DNA of 64,000 bases from a virus: the IMG/VR virus record IMGVR_UViG_3300035146_000036, one strand, 5' to 3'. Under the pieces are notes generated by a model. The model made no database searches and was not told the origin of the DNA. It was given only the letters and a program-made list of their open reading frames with translations. This document shows, one piece after another, positions 49,382 through 57,104 of the stretch (positions are counted from its first letter, which is position 1; every line of letters begins with the position of its first letter). A program made the position numbers and the translations under genes.

Positions 49382-51589
49382 ATGGTTATAAAAAACAAAT
49401 TTTCGAAACGTTGTGAGTGTTGTGGAGAGCAAGTTGGCGTGGGTGACGGTTTTGCTTTCGTTGAAAATGGTACTTGGCATACAGTTTGCAAATCAACAGC
49501 TTGTCATCGAAAACTTGGCGTAGACCAGAATAGAGATAATGTCCGTAAATTGACCGAGGATGGCAAGGTCATCATGGGGTATGACAAAAATGCTATTACT
49601 CTGTTGCGTTCTATGCCTGGGGCTCGATGGAATCCAGACGAAAAGCACTGGACAGTGAGTGTCAAGACTGAGGACTTGGATAGAGTCATCGAGATTGCTG
49701 ACCAACTAAAACTCGATGTTCCTGATAGTCTAAGGAAGCGTGCTTCAATCGGTACCGTAGCCTCTCAAGAAGCTGAAAAACGAGCTGAACGTGTCAGGGT
49801 TGACGGAAGTCCTCTTTATGATTTTCAGCGTGATGGAGTTAGATTTCTTGCTCTTCATAATCATGCGTTGATGGCTGATGATATGGGACTCGGGAAAACC
49901 GTTCAGGCTCTTGTTGCCATTCCTGAGAAATCAAGAGTTTTAGTTACTTGCCCTTCTGCTGTTAAATACAACTGGAGAGATGAGATTCAACTTTGGAGAC
50001 CAGATTATTCTATTAGGATAGTCAAGGGTAAAAAAGACGATAATATTGTCCCTAACGAGGGTGAGATAGTTATTGTCAATTATGATATTCTGCCCAAATG
50101 GTTGATGCCCACAATTGATAGTGGGAAAATAAATAAGAAGGGTGACCCGATTCTGGTTGCTGATATTCCATCAGACAAACGTTCTGGTTTGAGCGAGACA
50201 ATTGTTATTTTTGATGAAGGTCATCTTGCAAAAAATTACAAAGCTAAAAGGACACAAAAGGTTACACAATTATCAAAAAATGTTGCCAAGGTTTGGGTTT
50301 TGACTGGAACTCCGTTGATGAATCGACCATTTGATTTGTGGGGTGTTTTGTGTGCGTTTGGAATGTATCCTTTGGGTGGATTTAACAAGTTTGTTAATCT
50401 TTTCAATGGTTCATGTAGTAAGTACGGTGGGTATGAGTTTGGTCTTCCCACTCAGGAAGTTGTTGAGAGAATGAAGAGAGTTATGATTCGTAGACTCAAA
50501 AAAGACGTTCTCAAAGACCTTCCTCCTAAGACTTATCAGAGGATTGAGGTTGATTGTTCTAGTAGGTCTCTCAATAAGGAATTGAAAGAACTTGCTCAAG
50601 AAATTGCCGATGCTCAAGGAATCAATTTTGATGCAGATGATTTTTCAATGTTGGACCTTGATACAATCCCTGATTTTAATGCTTTTTCTCGAGTAAGGGC
50701 TTTGTTGGCTAAAGCTAAAATTCCTGCTATGTTGAATTTAATTGAAGAGCATGAGGAAACTGATACGCCAGTCGTTGTTTTTTCTGCTCATAGATCCCCT
50801 ATAGATGAGTTGGCTAGTCGTGATGGATGGGACGTAATAACCGGTGATACGTCTGCAGAGGATAGACAGAATGTCGTAAGGAGGTTTCAATGTGGCGAAT
50901 TGAAGGGTGTTGGTTTGACAATCAAGGCTGGGGGTGTTGGTCTTACTTTGACAAGGGCTTCTAATGCGATTTTTGTTGATCTTGACTGGACACCCTCTTG
51001 GAATATTCAGGCAGAGGACAGAATTTGCAGGATAGGTCAGAAGAGTAACAATGTGACTATCAAAAGGCTGGTTTCTTCTCATCCTCTTGATATTCACATT
51101 CAAAATATTATAGAGTACAAAGTCAAACTTGCCTATATGGCTCTTGATAATGATTATGTTTTCAAGGGTGGCCAAAAAGTTTCTAGTAAAAAGTCTGATT
51201 TTGTAGATCTCAAAGAGGAGAGTGATGAAGAGCTCTCGGAAAGGATTCGCAAAGCGGAGTATGAAGCCAATCGAGAGTATTACTCTCAGAAAATCAGGAG
51301 AGTGGCTGATCGGGAATCTGAGCGGGTTTCTCATGTGCCAGAACCTGAACTAACCGAGGAAAGGAAGAGCCTACTGAGGGGCGCTCTAGGCCATCTGTGT
51401 AGTGTTTGTGATGGGGCTTTTCTGAAGGATGGAATGGGATTCAATAAGCCTGATGCCTGTATTGGGCATTGGATGAATTCTATAGATATTGAAACGGCTG
51501 AAGATGATATTTATAGAGTGCTGGAAAGAATTCTTGTGAGATATCGAAAGACTCAACTTGCGGGTAAGTTTGATGGAATTTGGAGTTGA
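49382..51589 (+). CDS. SNF2-family helicase/ATPase with N-terminal Cys-rich zinc-finger-like region
   Basis: DMGLGKTVQ (motif I), IFDEGHLAKN (motif II), LTGTPLMNRPFDLW (III), GGVGLTLT (V), QAEDRICRIGQ (VI). Confidence 0.8.
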   Translation: MVIKNKFSKRCECCGEQVGVGDGFAFVENGTWHTVCKSTACHRKLGVDQNRDNVRKLTEDGKVIMGYDKNAITLLRSMPGARWNPDEKHWTVSVKTEDLDRVIEIADQLKLDVPDSLRKRASIGTVASQEAEKRAERVRVDGSPLYDFQRDGVRFLALHNHALMADDMGLGKTVQALVAIPEKSRVLVTCPSAVKYNWRDEIQLWRPDYSIRIVKGKKDDNIVPNEGEIVIVNYDILPKWLMPTIDSGKINKKGDPILVADIPSDKRSGLSETIVIFDEGHLAKNYKAKRTQKVTQLSKNVAKVWVLTGTPLMNRPFDLWGVLCAFGMYPLGGFNKFVNLFNGSCSKYGGYEFGLPTQEVVERMKRVMIRRLKKDVLKDLPPKTYQRIEVDCSSRSLNKELKELAQEIADAQGINFDADDFSMLDLDTIPDFNAFSRVRALLAKAKIPAMLNLIEEHEETDTPVVVFSAHRSPIDELASRDGWDVITGDTSAEDRQNVVRRFQCGELKGVGLTIKAGGVGLTLTRASNAIFVDLDWTPSWNIQAEDRICRIGQKSNNVTIKRLVSSHPLDIHIQNIIEYKVKLAYMALDNDYVFKGGQKVSSKKSDFVDLKEESDEELSERIRKAEYEANREYYSQKIRRVADRESERVSHVPEPELTEERKSLLRGALGHLCSVCDGAFLKDGMGFNKPDACIGHWMNSIDIETAEDDIYRVLERILVRYRKTQLAGKFDGIWS

Positions 51590-51592
51590 ATA

Positions 51593-52156
51593 ATGAAAAT
51601 TGATTTAAGTGGAAGAAATTTGCGAGGAGCCATTTTGGAAGGGGCTGACCTCGAAGGAGCCAATCTAAAAGGGGCTGACCTTGAAGGTGCCAACCTCAAA
51701 GATGCCTACCTAAAAGGAGCCAATCTAAAAAAAGCCAACCTTGAAGGGGCCAATCTAAAAGGGGCCTTCCTCGAAGGGGCTGACCTCGAAGGGGTTAAGT
51801 TCAAAGAAGCCAACCTCAAAGGGACCAATCTTGAGGGGGCCATCCTTAAATGGGCCAACCTAGAAGGTGCCAAACTCAAAGAAGCCAACCTAAAATTGGT
51901 CAACTTTGAAGGGGCAGACCTTAAAGATGCTAACCTTGAAGGGGCCAATTTTGAAAGTGCCAACCTCTACTTGGCCAATCTTGAAAGTGCCAACCTTAAA
52001 GGGGCCAAGTTTAAAAGGGCTTACTTGGAAGGAGTCAACTTTAAAGGGGCTTACCTGGAAGGGGCTGAATTGGAAAAGACAGATTTAAGTGGGATAAATT
52101 TAGAAGGGGCCTATCTCAAAGGGTCCAACCTCGAAGGAAGAAAAAATGAAAATTGA
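51593..52156 (+). CDS. Pentapeptide-repeat protein 1
   Basis: A[DN]L[EK]GA repeats throughout; starts [13 protein letters not shown]. Confidence 0.75.
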   Translation: MKIDLSGRNLRGAILEGADLEGANLKGADLEGANLKDAYLKGANLKKANLEGANLKGAFLEGADLEGVKFKEANLKGTNLEGAILKWANLEGAKLKEANLKLVNFEGADLKDANLEGANFESANLYLANLESANLKGAKFKRAYLEGVNFKGAYLEGAELEKTDLSGINLEGAYLKGSNLEGRKNEN

Positions 52157-52784
52157 TTTAAGTGGAAGAAATTTGCGAGGAGCCAACTTCGAAGGAATTG
52201 ATTTGCGAGGTGCTAAGCTAGAAAGGACCAACCTTGAAGAAGCTAACCTCGAAGGAGCCAACCTAAAAGGGGCCAAACTCGAATGGACATACCTAAGATG
52301 TGCCAATCTTGAAGGGGCAGACCTTGAAAAGGCAGACTTTACAGGGGCCAATCTTGAAGGTGCTAACCTTGAAGGTACTGACCTCAAAGGGGCAGACCTA
52401 AGAGGTGCCAATCTCGAAAGGGTCAACCTCAAAATGGCCAACATCGAAGATGCCAACCTAAGATATGCCAATTTTAAAGGGTCAGACTTTACAGGGGCCA
52501 ACCTTGAAGGGGCAGACCTTGAAATGGCAGACCTCAAAAGGGCCAATTTAGAAATGGCAGACCTAAAAAGGGCCAATCTAGAAGGGGCCATCCTTAAATG
52601 TGCCAACCTTGAAGGAGTCAATCTAGAAGGAGCCAATCTAGAAGGAGCCAACCTCGAAGGGGCCAAAATTAAAGGGGCCTACCTCAAAGGAGCCAATCTT
52701 AAAGGAGCCAATCTTAAAGAGGTCGATCTAGAAGAGGTCGATCTAGAAGGGGCCAACCTCGAAGGGATAAAAAATGAAAATTGA
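52146..52784 (+). CDS. Pentapeptide-repeat protein 2
   Basis: Tandem paralog with same N-terminus; start overlaps the upstream gene. Confidence 0.75.
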   Translation: MKIDLSGRNLRGANFEGIDLRGAKLERTNLEEANLEGANLKGAKLEWTYLRCANLEGADLEKADFTGANLEGANLEGTDLKGADLRGANLERVNLKMANIEDANLRYANFKGSDFTGANLEGADLEMADLKRANLEMADLKRANLEGAILKCANLEGVNLEGANLEGANLEGAKIKGAYLKGANLKGANLKEVDLEEVDLEGANLEGIKNEN

Positions 52785-53286
52785 TTTAAATGGAAGAAAT
52801 TTGCGGGGAGCCATCCTCAAAGGGGTCAACTTCGAAGGAGCCAACCTAAAAGGGGCTGACCTCGAAGGGGTTGACCTCGAAGAAGCTAACCTCAAAGGGG
52901 CCAATCTCAAAGGGGCCAATCTTGAAAGTGCCAACCTTGAAAGTGCCAATCTTGAAAGTGCCAACCTTAAAGGGGCCAATCTTAAAGGGGTCAACCTAAA
53001 AGGGGTTGGCCTCGAAGGGGTTGACCTAAAAGGGGTTGACCTCGAAGATGCCAATCTAGAATGGGCCTACCTTAAAGATGCCAATCTTGAAGGGGCCAAT
53101 CTCAAAGATGCCAACATCAAATGGGCTTACCTTGAAGGGGTCAATCTCAAAGATGCCAATCTTGAAAGTGCCAATCTTGAAAGTGCCAACCTTAAAGGGG
53201 CCAATCTTGAAAGTGCCAACCTTAAAGAGGTCAAGTTCAAATGGGCTGGCTTCGAAGGGGCCAACCTCGAAGGAACCAAGATATAA
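52774..53286 (+). CDS. Pentapeptide-repeat protein 3
   Basis: Tandem paralog. Confidence 0.75.
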   Translation: MKIDLNGRNLRGAILKGVNFEGANLKGADLEGVDLEEANLKGANLKGANLESANLESANLESANLKGANLKGVNLKGVGLEGVDLKGVDLEDANLEWAYLKDANLEGANLKDANIKWAYLEGVNLKDANLESANLESANLKGANLESANLKEVKFKWAGFEGANLEGTKI

Positions 53287-53634
53287 AAATAAATATACTA
53301 AGTAGAGGAGAGATATTATGAAAAAGAAAAGATATCCTGAACCAACTATGCCTAAGCCTGATTTGGAGCAAATTGAGAGATGGGGTTTTTCTTCGGTTTG
53401 TGAAGCAACAGATGGATGTGTAGTGGAACCTGATGGTATATGTCCACATGGATATCCATCGTGGTTATTGTATCTTGGATATATATAGACAGCGAACTCG
53501 AGTTCGCAAAGAAGAAGATTAATATGGATATTTCTAAAATAATGATTGATACGACATATGAATCTATTATTTAGTTATTTGTATGAAAGATATGGATAGG
53601 AAATTATTGGAATATTTTTTATTTAAAAAAGTAC

Positions 53635-53662
53635 TTGACAACTGTATTTCCAATAATATATA
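53635..53662 (+). promoter_or_regulatory. Sigma70-type promoter (TTGACA-16-TATATA)
   Basis: Hexamers read directly. Confidence 0.45.
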
Positions 53663-53741
53663 TTCTCTTTACATCAAAAAAAGAGCTAAGATAATGGGGA
53701 GTCAATAAGTATATAGTGTTGACAAACTATTGGAGGTTAAA

Positions 53742-54014
53742 ATGGAAGAAAAAAGTGATGATTATTTGATTGGTGAATTGGAACGATTGAATATAACATT
53801 GGAAAGTATTTTAAATATTTTTCTATCTGATAATAATGTAGATATTACGAATGAAAAAAGTGATTCAGTTGTAGTTGATATTAAAAAAATTTGTAACGTG
53901 ATTCCTGTATGCAAAAATAGGATAGAGAAATTATCTCGTATTAATAGAGAACTCATGGCAAATATGTGTGCTATAGAAGAAATTGTTATGGGTAATGAAA
54001 ATCGAGATAGTTGA
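53742..54014 (+). CDS. Hypothetical protein
   Basis: ATG after GGAGG; ORF-track start is TTG. Confidence 0.4.
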   Translation: MEEKSDDYLIGELERLNITLESILNIFLSDNNVDITNEKSDSVVVDIKKICNVIPVCKNRIEKLSRINRELMANMCAIEEIVMGNENRDS

Positions 54015-54038
54015 CAATGTAGTTTTTTTGTGTATTAT
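54011..54038 (+). promoter_or_regulatory. Sigma70-type promoter (TTGACA-16-TATTAT)
   Basis: Hexamers read directly. Confidence 0.45.
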
Positions 54039-54221
54039 CTATGACTAGATAGTTGGCAAGATGCCAAAGAAAGGTTGATTTGATAATGAAAATTGATAAA
54101 TGTAAAGTTGCTTTTTCTATTAAACTAGATCCTAAAGTGGTCAGGGAAGCAGCGTTGAGATATCCTGATAAGACTGTTTTGGATGCTTTTTTTCTTATGG
54201 GGTTTTTTATGGGGGTATTGA

Positions 54222-54404
54222 ATGTTAGATAAAGAGGATAGAAATAGAATTGTAAATATGTTAGGTATGGTAGAGAAATTGTTTGATAATATTGCTATTA
54301 TTGCTGTTGATAAGACAGATGATTCTATTGTATATGGAATTAATTATGTTAAAGAGCAAGAGGAAGAGCAAGAGGATAAATTGAAGGGGGTAGAAACGGG
54401 GTAA
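54222..54404 (+). CDS. Hypothetical small protein
   Basis: ORF. Confidence 0.3.
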   Translation: MLDKEDRNRIVNMLGMVEKLFDNIAIIAVDKTDDSIVYGINYVKEQEEEQEDKLKGVETG

Positions 54405-54406
54405 AT

Positions 54407-54793
54407 TTGGAGGATGATATGGTATCGAAAGAAGAAATTGAAAGAGTGTGGAAGGATACTTATGATGCATATGAAAAATTTGTTGAGCTTGAGAATAAAA
54501 AGATAGAGCTTTTAAATAGTTATTACTCTGATAAATATGACCTAAAGCTTGGAGAAAGTGAAGTTTATCAGGTTTTTTCAAATAAAAAGATTCTTGTTCA
54601 TGGTTTTTGTCAAGATAATGGTATCGATGATAAGCCTTCTATTATAGGCAGATTGATATTGCCTTTTGGAGTTTCGAAACAGATAAAAACATTTTCTCCT
54701 GATGCTTGGCAGACAGATAGCGAAAGGAGAGGAGAGGTTAACGGAAATATAAAAAATTCTGATAATTTTGTTAATGTAAATGGAAATTTTTAA
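54407..54793 (+). CDS. Hypothetical protein
   Basis: ORF with GGAGGA RBS. Confidence 0.4.
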   Translation: MEDDMVSKEEIERVWKDTYDAYEKFVELENKKIELLNSYYSDKYDLKLGESEVYQVFSNKKILVHGFCQDNGIDDKPSIIGRLILPFGVSKQIKTFSPDAWQTDSERRGEVNGNIKNSDNFVNVNGNF

Positions 54794-54811
54794 GATTTTT
54801 TCTATATTTTG

Positions 54812-54840
54812 TTGACAAACGTTTTTTGTTTTCATATATT
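54812..54840 (+). promoter_or_regulatory. Sigma70-type promoter (GTTGACAAAC-17-TATATT) followed by hairpin CCTCGA-ggga-TTCGAGG at 54857-54874
   Basis: Hexamers read directly. Confidence 0.5.
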
Positions 54841-54906
54841 ATATAATATGATGATGCCTCGAGGGATTCGAGGTATAGATAGTATTTTTGAAAAGGAGCG
54901 TTTGTT

Positions 54907-55923
54907 ATGGAAAAGATTTTATGGGTTTTTGTATATTTTATATCTTTGGGGTGTGCTGCTGAACCAGATGCATTTTTGGACGTCGATGCTGGATATATTT
55001 GGATAGATTCTGCTTATATTTACAGTAACAGTAATGTTTTTGATACTGGAAATGAGTATGTTGATGCAGATGCCGATTCTGATAGTGATACAGATGCCGA
55101 TACAGACGCTGATGCGGACACCGATACTGATACAGATGCAGATACTGATGCAGATTCTGATACAGATACTGATACAGATAGCGATTCTAATACAGATAGC
55201 GATTCTGATACAGATAGCGATTCTGATATGTATATAGATACTGATACAGATATCAATATTGAATGTGAAAGTGAATGTCTAAGTAGTTGTTCTTCTTTAG
55301 GTGGAATTCCTGTTAGTGGTACATGTCCTAGAGGTTTGAAATGTTGTAATATGAATGGGTATGTGGATAGTGATGCTGATACAGACTCAGATGCGGACAC
55401 GGACACGGATGCAGACTCAGATTCAGACTCAGATGCGGACACGGATGCAGACTCAGATACTGATACGGATACTGATTTTGATACGGATTTTTATGGTTTA
55501 ATGGATACTGAAACAGAAGAATCAGTATGTTTGGATAATGGATATGAATTCCCTGATGATTCTGGGATATGTTGGTATTATAGGTCAGATCTTCCAGAGG
55601 AGAGGTCAGATTGTATAAGTGTATGTCATAGTTTTGGCCTTGAATATTCTGATGATACTGAAAATGTGATTAAGGATAATCATAAGAATTGTATATCTAT
55701 AGTCCAAGGATTGGGGTTAGAAGGTGAAACTGGATATTGGTATGCTTCGATTGATTCTTGTGGAATAGGAGACCGTACATGGAATGTTGGAGCAGCTGGG
55801 TGTACATATCACAATGATTCTAGTGATATGGTTTTTCATCAGATACTTGTGGTTGTTTGTAATGGTGGGGCAATCATGTCAAATCGTAGGTCAGTAGATC
55901 CTAGATTATGTGCTTGTGAGTAA
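54907..55923 (+). CDS. Secreted/lipoprotein-like protein with Asp-dipeptide (DA/DS/DT) repeat blocks and Cys-rich modules
   Basis: N-terminal hydrophobic signal ending ISLGCAA; two (D-A/S/T)n blocks; 6-Cys block C-x3-C-x3-C-x11-C-x5-CC. Confidence 0.55.
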   Translation: MEKILWVFVYFISLGCAAEPDAFLDVDAGYIWIDSAYIYSNSNVFDTGNEYVDADADSDSDTDADTDADADTDTDTDADTDADSDTDTDTDSDSNTDSDSDTDSDSDMYIDTDTDINIECESECLSSCSSLGGIPVSGTCPRGLKCCNMNGYVDSDADTDSDADTDTDADSDSDSDADTDADSDTDTDTDFDTDFYGLMDTETEESVCLDNGYEFPDDSGICWYYRSDLPEERSDCISVCHSFGLEYSDDTENVIKDNHKNCISIVQGLGLEGETGYWYASIDSCGIGDRTWNVGAAGCTYHNDSSDMVFHQILVVVCNGGAIMSNRRSVDPRLCACE

Positions 55924-55926
55924 TAT

Positions 55927-56448
55927 ATGGATGTAGTAGCAAAGTATAAGTTAATTAGGAAGTTGAGAAAGATCGTTGAGAATGAAGGATCGTCTTTGTT
56001 TGAAAGAGAGAATGCCAGACTTAGGATAGTTGAGATAGAGGAAAAAATAAAAGAATATTTAGATTCAGTACAAAAAAAGGCAAAGGATAGAATGAAGCAG
56101 GATGTTTCAAGTGTCCATTTTAAAAAGCCTAACAAAAAGAATATTTTTTTTAATTTTAAAAAAAAGTTGGATGATGGAGTTAGTATACCAGTTTTTCCTG
56201 TTGATTTAGCGTTTGGATGGAATAGTGAATCTCTGGTTGAGATATCTACTTTTTTTGATGATGTTAATAAGGTTATTTTGATGGAATGGAAATGTCCATG
56301 TTGTGGGAGACATGTCGAAAGGATGATTACAAAGAAACATAGAGCAAGATTAATGGGTAAACCTGATGGAATTAAAAATTTTATTGAAGGAATAAGGGTC
56401 GGTTCAATAAACCAATTATGTGATGAATGTTATGAAAAATATAGATGA
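55927..56448 (+). CDS. Hypothetical protein with C-terminal zinc ribbon
   Basis: CPCCGRH...CDEC. Confidence 0.45.
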   Translation: MDVVAKYKLIRKLRKIVENEGSSLFERENARLRIVEIEEKIKEYLDSVQKKAKDRMKQDVSSVHFKKPNKKNIFFNFKKKLDDGVSIPVFPVDLAFGWNSESLVEISTFFDDVNKVILMEWKCPCCGRHVERMITKKHRARLMGKPDGIKNFIEGIRVGSINQLCDECYEKYR

Positions 56449-56460
56449 AAGGCACGTGAT

Positions 56461-56787
56461 ATGTTGATTGATGATTATGATAAGGCTAATGATATTTTGG
56501 GTCCAAAAACAACTTCTGAAAAAGTATTAGTGTCTTCTTTGAAGACTATTGGTTTCGGAAGAGCGATGCAATTGGTTCAAATAAATTGGGGACTTTATAA
56601 CGAATCTGGAATAGATATGTTTTGTAAACCAGGTTCTGAGTTTGTTGTTGGACCATGTAAAGCCGAAGTGGTGGCATGTGGATGTGATGATCCAGTTGAT
56701 TGCGAATGGTGTGCTGGTACTGGGTGGCTTACAAAAAAAGTGAAGAAGATGAAAGATGCAATTAGTATGGTTAAAAGATGCAATTAA
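56461..56787 (+). CDS. Hypothetical Cys-containing protein
   Basis: ORF. Confidence 0.4.
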   Translation: MLIDDYDKANDILGPKTTSEKVLVSSLKTIGFGRAMQLVQINWGLYNESGIDMFCKPGSEFVVGPCKAEVVACGCDDPVDCEWCAGTGWLTKKVKKMKDAISMVKRCN

Positions 56788-56798
56788 TATGGTGAAAA

Positions 56799-57041
56799 AT
56801 GTCAATACGAAAAAAAGATATAGGAAAAATTGATTTAAGATTTTTTGTGTTGTTGTTTATAATAAGTGGTGCAGAACTTTTTGAATTCAATTTTGATGAA
56901 TCAATAGATGGATTATTGTTTTTATTTTCGATTGCTATGATTGGAATTGAATTGATTTGGAGGTTAATTAGAAAGATTATATTATATAGAGATAGGACTA
57001 TTTTAAAGGTTGTTGAAGATACGGATAGATATTTGAAATAA
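56799..57041 (+). CDS. Small membrane protein
   Basis: Two hydrophobic segments. Confidence 0.4.
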   Translation: MSIRKKDIGKIDLRFFVLLFIISGAELFEFNFDESIDGLLFLFSIAMIGIELIWRLIRKIILYRDRTILKVVEDTDRYLK

Positions 57042-57104
57042 AATTGTGGTTTAGTCAGGTTGGTGACGAACTCGAGTTCATTAAGGTTGTAAGGTGTTGG
57101 AAAG

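Noticed and set aside
51706-53305. Minus-strand and alternative-frame ORFs (51706-51963, 52100-52666, 52743-53054, 51906-52088, 53078-53305) encoding [11 protein letters not shown]-type repeats
   Set aside because: They mirror the pentapeptide-repeat genes on the plus strand. The periodic GCC/AAC repeat DNA keeps the antisense frames open. There is no independent start or RBS support.
55020-55442. Minus-strand 140-aa ORF ([10 protein letters not shown]…) and plus-strand 55034-55237 ORF
   Set aside because: They are antisense or off-frame readings of the GAT-ACN tandem repeats inside the Asp-repeat protein gene.
51600-55500. Possible CRISPR array suggested by short periodic DNA repeats
   Set aside because: The repeats are coding (pentapeptide and Asp-dipeptide repeats). 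Units are 15 bp or less, contiguous, and have no spacers.
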